Positions 1 through 13,420 of a stretch of DNA of 64,000 nt are shown in pieces. The DNA lies in assembly GCA_028534125.1 (NCBI GenBank), contig CM052818.1:17734001-17798000 (forward strand), read 5' to 3'. The DNA is from Lama glama (taxonomy: Eukaryota). Position numbers and translations under genes: made by a program. Under the pieces are notes generated by a model. That model had not been told where the DNA came from and searched no databases. It saw nothing but the letters and a program-made list of their open reading frames with translations. Every line of letters starts with the position of its first letter. The stretch's first letter is position 1.

Positions 1-235
1 CTATTGAAAGAGATACTGATGCCCTCTACCCAATGCAGGGAATCAGCTCCTGGACCCAAATAAATGTAAAAGGCTGATATTCTTGCAGAGGTCTGGCCGA
101 GCCAGGAGAGCCATTGTTACATCAGTCTCAGGCCTCAGTCACACAAACAGAAAATCCCTAGAGCACACAAGAAGGGCGTTATTGGGGTCACACCTGGGAG
201 AATCCCCTCTCTTCAGTTCTGAAAGTTTATATTCA
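1..235 (-). other. Candidate exon of a - strand transcript (probably 5'UTR), running off the window edge
   Basis: - strand acceptor caattaactgggttttttcctgcag|TGAAT with a TTAAC branch-like motif; non-repetitive sequence; only short ATG-initiated ORFs (e.g. MALLARPDLCKNISLLHLFGSRS*). Confidence 0.4.
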
Positions 236-2110
236 CTGCAGGAAAAAACCCAGTTAATTGAAGGTCCGAAAGTCTCTAACGGAAAAGTTGCAGTACAATA
301 CAATACAATAGCTAAAGAAAGGCTTTAACTATGGGGATAATCAAAGCTTTCTCAATGCGTACTCCTTAAATGAACACATATATGGTCATATCGGAAAAGG
401 AAGCCAGCTAAAAAATGTACAGCTTTCCACATTCCTCACTGTCCCCTACATCTGTACAAAATTACCATTGTTTGCCTCTGAAGCCTGCTTACTCCAGGAT
501 CCTTACACACCTGCTACAATGCCTTGCTTGCCCTTGACAGAAAAAATAAATAGAATAAAAGTTTTCTGGAGACTGAATTTTATAATAATTTTGAAATTAG
601 GTGGCAGGCATCTCAAGATCCATGACAATGGAAAGCTATGATAGAGTTAGAGTGAGTTATTTTCAATTGCATCCTTTTTAAGGGTACTTAAAAGGAGTTT
701 GGTAATCACACATATGTCCATAATATAATCAAATACATCATTGAACATGTCATTCTTAGGTTAAAAGAATGAACGTTTAGAATCTCGGGAGAACTTAATT
801 CAACCCATAGAATTATTCTAATGGCTCCAGAGTTTGACCCAATATATGATTCATTTTCATGCAAGTAAACAGTACAGATTTCCTTGTAGGTGTAAAGCAA
901 CAGAATGTAAGAAAGTATGTAAGTTTTCTCCTGGCAATTTACTTTTTTCAACTCTTACTTTGGTGTCAGTGAGATAAACTGTTTTTCATTCTCCAAGTCG
1001 TTAATAGTTTTAATCTGGGATGACAGGCCGTTATTTCAAAAACAGTAACCATTTAGTTCAGTCTGATTGTTTCATACATAAACGTACTGCATGTACAGAT
1101 TTAATAGCTGGTTAAACACTGTCAGCTCCATGTGAGGATACTTGTAATAATTCACCCCAGTTCCATATTAGTCAACTGAAATGTCTTCAGACCTGTTGGC
1201 ACGATGCTCACAGTACTCAGCTCCATGACAAATAGAGTCACTTTATTTGTAGACAAATATCATGTGCATGATTGACTAAATTTACCTCAAAATTGGCTGC
1301 ACAAAATTCATTATTTAGCACAAAATGTCAAATGCAATCCACTTCTGACTTTTCTTAAAGGGTGTGTATGGAAGACTGCTTAACATTCTGCCTTTCTGAC
1401 AGTGTTTCCAAGACCCTTGATGGAACAGATGTGATCAAGGAAGTCATGGCAGATGAATCAGAAGCACCCCCAGGATTCTAGTTCAACTGTAGTGTGTGCA
1501 TTTACACTTTATCTTTTCTTCTTTGTAGATTCAAGTCAACAGCTTCATTATTAGCTAAATATTTGAGACACTTTCATAACGAAAAGGCAGATGTTATATT
1601 TAGTAACTGAGGAGTTGAGGAAGACTGACCAACATTTGAAAGTTTCCGAAAGAAAACTTTCTTCCTTTTTATTTAATTTTTTTCCATTTTGGTGAGGTTG
1701 TCCTGCAGTGATTAAGATCTACACACACACACATACACATAAACAGAAAGAAAAGTTTTCACCTAAACTTGAGTCCCTGGTTTTTAAATAAATAATAAGA
1801 TAATATTTAACAGATTTAACCTTGCTTTTGACTTTATACCTTAGGAAAAAATGGCGGAGTCCAAGTGATATAATTGGAAATAATTGACTCCAAATATTTG
1901 TTCACTTGTTTAATGAAATATGCATATTATAAAATTTGTATTATATACAAGTGGGCAAATATTTAGTCAGCTGTATATATGTATGTATATATGGAATAGT
2001 GTGAGAGAGAGAAGAGAACATTCTAAAAAAAAATGTAGTATGTATAGATTTATATATTGACAACACATGAATTTTTCCTATAGCAAATTCTTTTGTTTCC
2101 ACATACAATC

Positions 2111-2845
2111 TTCTTTTTTTTACATGTTTTTATTGAGTTATAGCCAGTTTACAATGTTGTGTCAATTTCCAGTGTAGAGCACAATTTTTCAGTTATACAT
2201 GAACATACATATATTCATTGTTNNNNNNNNNNNNNNNNNNNNNNNNNNNNNNNNNNNNNNNNNNNNNNNNNNNNNNNNNNNNNNNNNNNNNNNNNNNNNN
2301 NNNNNNNNNNNNNNNNNNNNNNCCCCCACCCCATTGGCAACCACAAGTTTGTATTCTATATCTATGAGTCTGTGACTGTTTAGTATTTATGTTTTTTTTT
2401 TTTTTTTAGATTCCACATATGAACGATCTCAGATGGTATTTTTCTTTCTCTTTCTGGCTTACTTCACTTAGAATGACATTCTCCAGGGACATCCATGTTG
2501 CTGCAAATGACGTTATGTTGTCGGTTTTTATGGCTGAATAGTATTCTGTTGTATAGATATACCACAGCTTCTTTATCCAGTCATCTGTTGATGGACATTT
2601 AGGCTGCTTCCATTATTGTAAATAATGCTGCTATGCACATTGGGGTGCAGATGTCATCCTGAAGTAGGGTTCCTTCTAGATATATGCACAGGAGTGGGAT
2701 TTCTGGGTCCTATGGTAAGTCTATTCCTAGTCTTTTGAGGAATCTCCATACTGTTTTCCACAGTGGTTGCACCAAACTGCATTCCCACCAGCAGTGTAAG
2801 AGTGTTCCCTTTTCTCCACAGCCTCTCCAGCATTTGTTACTTGTA
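2111..2845 (-). mobile_element. 5'-truncated young L1 (3'UTR + ORF2 C-terminus), camelid-type family; spans the assembly gap
   Basis: Antisense L1 ORF2 C-terminal sequence; T-rich tail at left; target-site duplication (TSD) TGTTTCCA(C/G)ATACAATC at 2094-2110 and 2846-2862. Confidence 0.92.
2223..2322. other. Assembly gap (100 N)
   Basis: Run of 100 n characters. Confidence 1.
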
Positions 2846-3021
2846 TGTTTCCAGATACAATCCTTCATTACTCATTGACTTGATAAAGAGTATAAATAAA
2901 GGGTGAGAGACTAAGAATGGGATGATTTTATATTTAGCAGGTTAGGAGGAAGGTTTTTTTCTTTTCTTCAGAGTTTTAAGAACAAAGAAATTCACAACCA
3001 TGAAAGAAAAACAAAGTTAGT

Positions 3022-3404
3022 TGTTGGAGGAGGTCACAAAAAGGACTTGACTGCCGGCTGACCCCAGAGCTGGACCTGGGTAATCAGAGGCTCCTCAGCC
3101 CCTCCCCATCCTTGGAATATACATCCTGTCTGCCCATCCCACAGTGGGAGCCATTTTCAAGGATGCGGCCTTGAGAGAGTAATGTGTTACTGAGACTGAC
3201 TGAACTCAATTAAGGCCTCTGTGTAAACATCTAAGATGCTCGAGGGCAGTTACAGAGATCTACTCATCTTGTGGTACCCAAGACAAGCCTCCTATGTAGG
3301 TTCCCTTGCTTATTAAACCTGCCACCTACCAGTCTGGAGTGGCCTGCCTCTTTTTTCGGTCTCTCCTTGCCCTCTCTATATGGGGGCCAGTTTGCAAACC
3401 AACA
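3022..3404 (+). mobile_element. Solo LTR (probably ERVL class)
   Basis: Inverted termini TGTTGG...CCAACA; ATTAAA signal near 3312; 5-bp flanks TTAGT/TTAGC as a degenerate TSD. Confidence 0.8.
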
Positions 3405-3589
3405 TTAGCAGATGCTTGTAATCAAATTGTCCAACTTAATTATAATTATATATTAGGAAAATTTCTAAACTATCCTCTGTGATAACTACTGCATTAAAAT
3501 TTGGGACCTGGGCAGTGACAGGCACATAAAAAGCCTTTATCCTTATTGACTGTTATTTGCAAAATAAGAACTATTTCCATGAAAGAAAG

Positions 3590-3800
3590 TGAGCCACTGG
3601 TCCAGGCCAACTGACATTCAAATGCAGATTCTGTTACTTTGCACAAACGTGAAAATGCTGCTTAACTTTTCTGAGCCCCGGCTTTCTGTTATATAAAACA
3701 AGGTTAATAATGAATACCTTACGCGGTTGTTCTGAGGTGCTAATGAGATCACACATAGCTCAAGACACTGCACCTAGCATCTTGCAGGTGTTCAGTAATT
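3590..3800 (+). mobile_element. MIR SINE
   Basis: Resembles the MIR core (cttaactttttctgagccccggctttc...aataatgaatacct...gttgttctgagg). Confidence 0.65.
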
Positions 3801-4008
3801 TTTTTCTTGTTTTAATGGAAGAAAATTAAATTGGATTGTGATATTAAAAATCACAGATGCTCATTGTGTATTAAACATGAATATTCTCTTAGCAAGACAG
3901 GATTGGTGTGAGTAGGTAGTCCCAAAATGTGTTCTAAAATATTTTTTACATGTATCTTCAGCTATAATATTGTGAGAGGAGCAGTAAGTAAGGAAAACAC
4001 ACACCTAG

Positions 4009-4009
<1 letters not shown>

Positions 4010-4039
<30 letters not shown>
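4010..4039. repeat. (CA)n microsatellite
   Basis: About 15 CA units. Confidence 0.95.
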
Positions 4040-4046
<7 letters not shown>

Positions 4047-4719
4047 GCACAGAAAAAAGGCTTGGTGAGTCCATGGAAGGCAACTTCTAAGAAATTCCAG
4101 AAGAACTCTTGTTGTGCAGACTTTGAAAGGGCCTCTGGTTTGCATTAAAGAGCTGGCACAGAATATAAAAGCAAAAGTTTAAATCCTAGGGAAATAAAAT
4201 GGAATATAGAAAAAAACCAAAACCTTGAAGCACAAAGACATTGCTGTAGCATTATTTATTATTATAAACCCTTTGAAAGCCACCCAAATGCCTAAATATT
4301 GAGTAATAGTAAAACAGGTTATGGCATGTTACATAGTTATCCAAATGATGTTTATGAAGAGTATGTAATAGCATAAAAAACATAGTTTTGATGTAAAGTA
4401 AAATAAAACACAGGAGGCAAAAGCAGAGATAGACTATATATGATAGGTATGTTTTTTAATAAAGCATGTACCTCGCTGCGAAAAATCCTATAAAGAGGCA
4501 AAACACTAGCATAAATTCGAAGTGGGTGATGGGACCGAGTAATCATCTTTCGTCTTCCTACAGTTCTGTATTGCTCATGGTTTTTTGTAATGGAAAAAAA
4601 AATCAGAATTTATTCTCTTTTGAGCTGCCATTCTACTTTTTACGTATAAAACCAATCATGGACTTTATATCAACAGGGAAAGCATAAATACAGTAGTTAT
4701 TTCAAAGGTGAGAATTTAC

Positions 4720-4987
4720 CTGGGAAATAGGTTACAGGTTTGGGGCATCACCTGCTTCTCCTGGGGGAAGTAGCGTTGCTGAATTGATCCAGACAGGCAC
4801 AGAAAGCCTATAGAAAGGAAGTCTGTTCTCCCGTCCTTCTACTACTGGTCTCTCCTTGCTGCCCCCTACTGGCAGAACCTGGGAAACGACTGGCAACTGA
4901 GTTCTAGTCAGAGCATCATGAAGCAGGGTATGTAAATTGGTGGATTTGGAACAAAAAGACAGTAACAATAACAGTCACAGACTTATC
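4720..4987 (-). other. Candidate non-coding exon of a - strand transcript
   Basis: Acceptor ttattcttactgtttattcag|GATAAG and donor CCCAG|gtaaat; 268 nt; all three frames contain stops. Confidence 0.45.
4858..4874 (-). promoter_or_regulatory. CTCF core binding motif
   Basis: - strand TGCCAGTAGGGGGCAGC matches the CCASYAGRKGGCRS consensus exactly. Confidence 0.7.
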
Positions 4988-5776
4988 CTGAATAAACAGT
5001 AAGAATAATGCATTAAATGCACAGCTCAAGACTAAAATCTTAGAGTAACAGTATTGAGACACAGAAACCTTTATTAATGACTTTTGTTAATTTGATTACC
5101 AAAGCCAAAATGCTTCCTAATGGGATGAATTGAGTACAAATAAGTGATGTTACACTTTTAACATGTATCATTTATTTTTATTAAAGTGAGTCAGCCATCA
5201 CCATTCTACTCCAATAGATATTTTATTAAGGAAACTAATTTAAACGTACATGATAAATGAACTGTGTTGAAAATTCTATTTTTCTTCAGTTCTAACCTCC
5301 TGATCTTAATTAACTTCTCTGCTACTGTTCCCATAGAAACTGGCAATGCAATCAATAAGATGCAAAGGCAGTGAGGTACATGCAGAAGCATTCCACAAGT
5401 ACAGTAGCAACATTTGTTGTAAATCATGGGACAAATTAGTATTTGCAGTTAGATTAGAGGTAATCTACATCAAAATTCAAAATGAAAAATGCACTCTCAT
5501 TGTAAACAAAGATGATAAGCTTTCCCCAAGCAACTGGGTTTTTTTCCTATTCCAGTGTAAAGTAAGCGTAATGCCCAGGAAATTAAGGATCCCATTTTTG
5601 TTTGGCACTTCTTTTGGTTTCCCTGGTTTTCTTTTATCATGCCACGTTCTGTGCCCTTACCCTCCACATATTTTCTCACAAACAAACGAAAATCAAAGCA
5701 ACATAATATGTAAAACGGTCTTTACATGAAAGACTTCTTTCCCCACCCTTTTCACTCTAGATTCATGGGCTAATTA

Positions 5777-5993
5777 CAGCTGATGCTTGAACAACACGGG
5801 TTTGAACTCCACAAGTCCACTTATATGCAGGAGTTTTTTAGTAAATATGTACTACAGTGCTATAGGACATGCTGTCGATTGAATCCGTAGGTATGGAACT
5901 GCGAATGTGGAGGGTTGACTGTAAAGGTATAGTTGGATTTTTGACTGCTGGAGATTAGTGCCCCTAATCCCCACGTTGTTCAGCAGTCAATTA
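5777..5993 (+). mobile_element. MER8-like TcMar-Tigger MITE
   Basis: Terminal inverted repeats cagctgatgcttgaacaac...gttgttcagcagtcaatt with TA flanks. Confidence 0.8.
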
Positions 5994-7134
5994 TATTCAC
6001 AAAATTGTACATTTGGGGCAGAGACCAGGGCAAATTTCTTCTAGAGTTGCCCTTACCTGATTAAACAAACAAACAAACAAAATGCCAATTGGGTTTAACT
6101 CTACCAGTTAGACCATGAACCAAATGCTGAGTGCAGTAGTCAGCATCATGACTATGTTCCAGTTAAGTGCCCTGGTCACCTTCCAATTTAGCCTTTCTGG
6201 GTGTGAGGACGTTAGCATGCCACCGTCCCTTCTGAGGTTTGTTTGCAAGTAGCTGATTACCAATAATAGTTGACAAAACAAACAAAAGCAAACAATAATT
6301 ATAAATGTTTTATTTAAAAAGATGAGTCAAATCTGTTCAAGGTTATTTCTATATACTTTAACTCTCCATCCTTGTGTATTGATGTGGTTTTACTAATGCA
6401 GAAGAGTGGATGAAGACATACGGGTTCAGAAACTTTATGTTAACTTTATTTCTCCAAAGCATTTTGGAGAAAAATGGTCAGGACTGTGATAATCCATGCT
6501 TATCATTTTCCTTTCATCTTTCCTGTCTTGCCCCACTGTGCCAAAAAAACCCCAAAAAACAGAGAGAGAGACAGTTATTCTTACATTTGTCTTCACCAAT
6601 GCACAAATAAAATGGTAAAACACTTTGACATCAAAAATTCTTACCATTGGGCTTTTCATTTTTCAAATGTATATGATGATGCTTAATTGATTTGCTACAC
6701 AAGTAGTTATTTCAAGATCATCTCTTATTTTGAATATAGGTAGATAGAAATAGATGTATAAATAATTATAAAATAAATAATTAGGTCAACTCATTGGGAC
6801 TTCTGATATATTCTGGGGCATATTAAGAATAGATTATGATGTTTACATTAGTCTGTACAATATGACCTCTTTCTTGTCTCCAAATACTGGGCAAGTATAT
6901 TAAGAGAATTTAAGAGCTACACGGATCTAGCACTTTATCTAAGTTATATACTGTGTTGTTACTTTTCTTGCTCTTTTTTTAGCGATATAGAGGATAGCTA
7001 GTCTTCCTTTCAATATGCATACTGATGAACTTTGAAGGATGAAATTTCACAATTACTCAATCCCAGTTGTCTTCAGTGTCATGCCATTTCTCTTCAGCTC
7101 TCTTAAAGCATATGACTTTGAACTTCTTCATTAT

Positions 7135-7745
7135 CCTTGTTGTCTGTTGTATTACTGTTCACCAGTTCTTAGTGTCCCTCCTCTGTAGGAGATGGGTGTG
7201 TCCCTGCCCTGTTAAGCTCGGGAGTGAACGTGTGATATGCATGAACCAATGAAATAGAAGTGAAAATGATGTCACTTCTGGATAGGAGCTTTAAGAACGA
7301 GTGGGTACGTTTAAGCTCATTTTTCTCTTTGTTACAATTAAAAGTAGAGTTGCAGATTTTGGCTCTTTTGTCAGCTTGGGCATGAGAACACCAACAATGA
7401 CACTGTGGAACAGATCATCCATCTAATTTGTAATGAACATAAAGCATGAACATGATATAAATCCTCATTGCTTGAAGGCTGTTGTCAGCAAACCAAGGTC
7501 TGATTTGTTTGTTTTCATGAGTAAAGTTTTACTGGAACACAGCCATGCTTGTTTGTTCATGGACTGACTGAGGGTCCATTCATGCTACAATGGCAGAATT
7601 GAGTAGTTGCAACAGAAACTGTGATTCAAGAAGCCTGAAATATTTACCATCTGGCTCTTACAGAAACATTTCTGACCTAGCTTTAAGTCATTGAGATTTC
7701 AGAGACATTTGTTACTGCAACTTAAACTAGACCATCATTTGATGA
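7135..7745 (+). mobile_element. Old MLT1 (MaLR) LTR interrupted by MER58
   Basis: MLT1-type 3' end (aagtcattgagattt...ttgttactgca) resumes after the inserted element. Confidence 0.65.
7478..7680 (+). mobile_element. MER58A-like hAT-Charlie MITE
   Basis: Diagnostic aaagttttactggaacacagccatgc...gagtagttgcaacaga...aaatatttaccatctggc. Confidence 0.8.
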
Positions 7746-7956
7746 CTCTTCTCTTTGTATTTGGTCATAGCCTCAGAAATTGGGCTAAATCCCAATATTA
7801 TTTGTTTTCAGGGTTATTAATAGAGGAGGTGACCTTGCACTAGAGAATGACCTAACTCTGGAGGAGAAACAGAGTGAACCAGGCACAGAGTCCAAGGGAC
7901 AGAGGCAGCTCCATTACAGCCCAGGCAAAATCGACATAAGTCTTGGTGAGACAACC

Positions 7957-8402
7957 TAGCTGAGTCGGCTCGGGCTGCCGTACCAGGTACCAGAGACTGA
8001 GTGGTTTAAACAACAGACATGTATTTCTCATAGTTCTGGAGTCAGGGAGTTTGAGACCAGGATGCCAGCATGGGAGAGTTCTGATGACAGCCCTCCTCCT
8101 GACTTGGAGATGGCTGCTTTCTCACTGTGTCCTCACCAGGATGACAGACAGACAGACAGAGAGAATGAGGGGAAGGTGGCAGAGAGAGAGAGAGACAAAG
8201 AGACAGAGGGAGAGGGAGAGAGAGAGAGCTCATTCTCTTCCTCTTTTTATACGAACTCTAACCCCACCATGGGCACCTCACCCTCATGACTCTTCTAAAC
8301 TTAATTACCTCCCAAAGGTCCTACCTCCAAATACTACCATCCTGGAAGTTCAGGGCTTCAAAATATAAATTGAGGAGAGACACAAACATTCAGTCCATAA
8401 CA
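7957..8402 (-). mobile_element. MLT1A/B-type MaLR LTR with an internal GA/GACA simple repeat
   Basis: ttaaacaacagacatgtatttctcatagttctgga...aattacctcccaaaggtcc...gacacaaacattcagtccataaca. Confidence 0.85.
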
Positions 8403-9419
8403 CAGCCCGATGCTAGGCCACCCAGATGGTGGCCAAAGATTAAAGACAGGATGACGAGCAGTTGTCATATGTGAGATCATATAGGAGCCCTTTGCTAGAC
8501 TGATAACTTGGGCAACGTTCTGGTTGTCAGGATGAAGACAGGTGTCTACAGGGCAAAATAACAGGCTCCTGAAATATGTGGGCAGCATTCTGAGTGCATT
8601 TCAGCATTTCAGGGGCAATGTGTTAAGACGTAAGAGACAGGACCTAGAACAGAAACAGTTCTCAAGATTGAAGAGGTGGGTGTGGCAGTGGAAGAAAAGT
8701 GTTTGCAGACCAATGTGGAGAGAAGGAGAAGAAAAGGAATGGAGGGCAAACAGACATTCTATGGACATTGGCTCCCGACTGACAAAGGGGACCACAGTTG
8801 CCCATTGTCTGGCCTGGCAATTTAAGTCTCGCGATCTCTGGATGGGGGAGGAGAAGGAATACAGAAGATGGTGATCTATGACTACTTTTGTTAAGCTTGT
8901 GTGTAAGAGCGGACAGGACTGAGCATGGGAAGAGCTGCGGGCTCAGTATGATAATCTGGGGGAAGGCAGAGTGGAAATACCTTCCTACTATTTTACACTA
9001 AACTGTATCTTTGCCTCTATCATCATGTTTAGTCATTTTATCTTTCCATATTTCACAGGCTAGCCATTGCTTTTCTGGTTTAGTTTGTTCCTTAAGCATT
9101 CTAAATTCTACAATCAGTGATTTTATGTATATTTTGGTTGTTTGAGCTCAAACTCTTTTGAGTCTTCTGCCCACAAATGCTTTTGTGACCATAAACCGGT
9201 TTTGATCCCTAAGCTTTCCTTTCCTGGCTTCTTCGTCTTGCTTGAGAAACTCCCTAAACATCGTGAATCGGTTCCACCACACATGCATCCTTCTAAACTT
9301 GGCAGGTTCCAAAATGCAACGCAGCAATTCTTAGTCTTCTCTAATTGATTCCCAATTATAATGCAGGCATTATAATCCCAACAGATGTTCCACTCTATCT
9401 TCAAGCCCCAATTACAACG

Positions 9420-11290
9420 CATTCATTCATTCAATCAATAATATTTTTAGCATTTACTGTATGCCATGCTCTCTGCTAGCTGTTAGAGGAAGAGCGGTAC
9501 ATGAGATCGGCATGGCCCCTGCTTTCATGGAGTTAGTGAATGAGACAAACAGAAGCCAAGCAACTAAGATATATTGTGATTGGGGCAGTAATGGAGGGCA
9601 GGTGTGTAGTCAACTTTTGTCACAATTCATCCCACCTCCTCAGTTTTGTTCATCACATTAAAAGCTAGAAAAGTGCTTCCCTTGCCTCCCAGCTATCCAG
9701 AGTTTATGCTTGTGACCAGGGTCCACCAGTCAGATCTACCAATATGTCAATTCAGAAAAGACTAATTTGAAAAAAAGAAAAAAAAGAAAATAAAGCCAAA
9801 TGGAACTTAACATGGCAAGGCTGGAAGAGAGCAGCCACCATTCATTTAGTAGTGACAAAGGACTGAATGGTGGCAGTTCAGAGAGTCTAAGGTAGTGGAT
9901 TTTGTTATACCAGGATTAACAAAGATAGGAGCTCCTTAGAGGAAATTCAGACATTTCTTTTTCTGTTGATGCAGCCACCAAGCCTGTTTCTCTAGCCCTG
10001 TGCTCTGAGATATTATCTGCTATTTAATAAGAAATTTTCTTCTCTGCTTAAACCATCTAATTTGGGGGGGGGTTGCAAATAGCTAAAACTCTAACAGATA
10101 TAACAAGAGTGTGTGGGAATATATAGCAGGGACACATAACTTGGGTGACAATAGGCTGTACAATATTTCCTGGAGAAATCAACATCCACACTGGGGCTCA
10201 GAGGATACACAGGACTGATTCAAATGAAGCAAGTGGGACACAAGTTTCCAGGAAGAGGAAACAGCCAAGGAGTGAGGGAGCATAGTATACTGATAGAATT
10301 CAGGATGATCAAGGAATACAGTGAGGGCAAGAGGTGGGCATGGAGGCAGTGATGGAAAATGAAGCCACAGAAATAAACAAGGACTGTATCAGTCTGACAA
10401 TTAAAGCCACGAAACGAATTGTTTGAATTGTACTCTAAGAGCAATGGGGAGTTTAGAAAGTATTTTAGGCGGATAGGGACATGATCAGGTATGTACTTTA
10501 GGAAGATCACTTTGGCATCAGTCGGGAAACTGTGCTGCAGTGGGACAAGAACCGAGGCAGGGAGATTGCAGTGGTTGGGGTCAGAACTGGTGGCTTGAGC
10601 TGGAGGGGAGCAAGAGGGAAAGGAAGAAATAGACATATTTGAGACAGTGCTTTACAGCTTAATTTATCGAAATGACTAAGGTCATTTAAGGTGTGCATCC
10701 TTAACTTTCCTCTTTTCCTCTTCAAGGCTTATTATTTTGTTTTCAAATATTTATTGGTTTTTTGTTTTGTTTTGTATTGTCTTGTTTTTGATGTGCTAGC
10801 AGCTATTCCAGGTGTCAGGAACATCATCAGTGAATGAGTAAGAAGAGGCATCTGTTCTTATGGAGAACAGGAGGCAAACGATAAACAATAATTACCGAGA
10901 AATGATTTCAGTGACTGATGTTACCCTATTAATTAAATCAGGGAGATGTGACAAAAAGTGACCTGAATAGAGGCTCCATTACATTGGGAGGTCAGAGAAA
11001 GCCTCTTTGAGAGTGTTACGTTTGAGTGGAAACCTGAGTAATGGAAAGTTACTGGCCATTAGGAGGTTTTGGGAATGAGAATCCGAGGTAGAGGGACAGG
11101 CTAGGGCAAATGCAGATGGGGGAACGACCTTGTGTGTGTGAAGAAATAAATTAAAGAAAGCTAGTGTGGCTGGAGCAAGGGGAGAGTGGAGAGAGAAGAA
11201 AGAGTGGATGAAGAGACAAACATAAGACACTTTTTGTGAAAGATCTTGAGAGGCCATTGGGAATTTTGGGTTTAAGTACAATATTGCTGT
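9420..11290 (-). mobile_element. L2 fragments, with an MLT1-like LTR inserted at about 9605-10100
   Basis: L2 3'-end signature cattcattcattcaa and purine-rich antisense L2 body (gaagatcactttggc, gaggtcagagaaagcctct). Confidence 0.65.
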
Positions 11291-11342
11291 ATTTTCATCC
11301 TTCCTCTTTTTAGCTTCTGGTTCAAAAAAACAAAAAAAAGTT

Positions 11343-11491
11343 CAGTCATCCCTCACTGTCCTTGGGGGACTGGTTCTAGGGCCAGTCTAGAATGGCTACC
11401 AAATCTGCAGATGCTCAAGCCCTGTGTGTAAGATGACCTTGTGCTGTTGGCCCTCCACGGGCTCCTTATCTGCCAGTGGGCAGGGCCGACT
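11343..11491 (+). mobile_element. MER2-like Tigger MITE (short)
   Basis: cagtcatccctc...gggggactggttc...gcagatgctcaagccc...agggccgactg termini. Confidence 0.65.
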
Positions 11492-11644
11492 GTCTTCCCC
11501 AGACTCTGTTAGAGGTGTTTATAGATTGTCCTATCTTAACTTCAGCCTTTGCTTAAGCGCAAACATATTCAACTTACTTATTTGATAAATATTTATTGAA
11601 AGTCTACCTACTATGTGTTAGACGTTGTGTGCACCTGTTACAAA

Positions 11645-11761
11645 AAAGGAAGGAAGGAAGGAGAGAAAGAAGGAGGGAAGGAAGGAAAGAATGCAGGAAG
11701 GAAGGCAGAGGGGAAGGAAGGAAGAAAGGAAGGAAGAAAAGAAAAGAAAGGAAGAAAAGAA
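11645..11761. repeat. Purine-rich (GGAA/GAAA)n low-complexity tract
   Basis: Seen directly in the sequence. Confidence 0.9.
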
Positions 11762-12986
11762 CCTTGTTGCCTCTTACTGGGCAATTCCCTTGGTATAAAA
11801 TTCCATCTCATACCTTCTTTTTCTTTCCACACAAGTAATAATACCAATCTTCACCCATCACCTTCTACTACTCAATCCTGACATCTGTGTGCCTCGCTGC
11901 ATAATCTACTCCAGGAAAGCTCATTGGCTAAGACCCGCTTGTCAGCTCCCAGGGCCTCTCCTTGGTCCCATCCCACTGACTCTCTTCTAGCCATTTGCCT
12001 CTTTGATTATCTGGAGCTAAACATTTCCTTTCTTAGTTTCTACGTCCCTAAATACTCTCCACTCGCCTCTCCCCTGACAGCATGCTATCAGTTTCATTCA
12101 CTGCCTTCTTTTTTCCCTTATGCCTTGGAAATGTGGGCATTTCAGAATTTTCAGCCCTGGAGCTTTTTCCTTTATTTTTCCCATGCTCTTTTTTTTTTTC
12201 TCTTGAGAATCCCAATTCAGTTATAGTCTTGGGCTACCACTTCAGAGATGGATTCACTGTTTCTTTTCATTGGAATATCCCATCAGATCATTGAATTAAG
12301 TCTTTGACATGAAACATCTCTTTTTTACCCCTAAACCCTGTAATCCTCCTTTATTTCCTGATCTCATTTTGTTCTGACTGCAACTCTCTTTTCTGGAAGT
12401 TCACTCTTCCCTGCCTAAACGATTGTCAAGGCTTTCTGCCTCCTCTTCCTTTCCCCCATTTTTTTTTCCTGTGTGCTGTAAGCAAAACTAAATTTCCTAA
12501 AAGACAGGTGCTATTCTGTCGTTTCCTATGCTAAACACGAAATGTACAAATGTGGTCTTTTAGGTTCTTCATGATCCCATTACACCTTACAGTTCTACTT
12601 TCATCTCCTCTGTTCTCCTGTAGACTTCCTCTGCTCCCATCAGTCCCGATTTCTCATTGTTATTGAAAGTTACACTTTCTTTCCTCCTGCAGTATCCAAT
12701 ACCAAGATATTTTTTCTTTTTTTCTCTCTCTTATTTCATCCTATTGAGAATCTTACTGATTTTTCAAAGCCTGGTTCAAATATTTCAGCCCTTTTGAAAA
12801 CTAAAAGTGATTCTAAGCAATAAATAATGTCCCATTCCCCTACAGTGAGAATCAGGAATCCATTTGCTTAGCAAATACTTTGGTGCTTCAACTATTGCCA
12901 GATACTGTCCAAGGTACTGGAGATGCAGCCATGACTGAGACAAAGTTCCCACCTTCGGGACCCTACATTAAGAGTGTGTGCAGGTT

Positions 12987-13207
12987 GTAGATACAAACTA
13001 ATACACATTAAATAGGTAAACAACATGTTTATACTGTATAGCACAGGGAACTATATTCAATATCTTATAGTAAACTATGGCGAGAAAGAGTATGAAAATG
13101 AATATATGTATGTTCCTATGTGACTGAAGTATTGTGCTGTACACTAGAAATTGATACAACACTGTAAACTGACTGTACTTCAGTAAAAATATAAAAAATA
13201 AAAAAAA
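12987..13207 (+). mobile_element. Short L1 3'UTR insertion with A-tail, inside an L2
   Basis: Sense copy of the L1 3'UTR (gtatagcacagggaactatattcaatatc...) with a poly(A) tail; approximate TSD aagagtgtg/aaaagtgtg. Confidence 0.85.
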
Positions 13208-13420
13208 GTGTGGGGAAGGTGGAGACAGACAATATATTAATATGCAAAAGGGCGTACGTATAATAACAGCTAGTGTAAGTGCTAGGGAGAAAAGTAAAGT
13301 GGAGTAAAGGTAGAGAGCGTGTCAGAGGCTGTCTTTCTAGATAAGGAGGTCAGGAAAATCTTTCCTGAGGAGTCGATGTTTGGGAGAGGAGCGCTGAGTG
13401 AAATGAATGAGCAAACCACC

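Noticed and set aside
11596..11881. Lys/Arg/Glu-rich ORFs
   Set aside because: Translation of a GGAA simple repeat.
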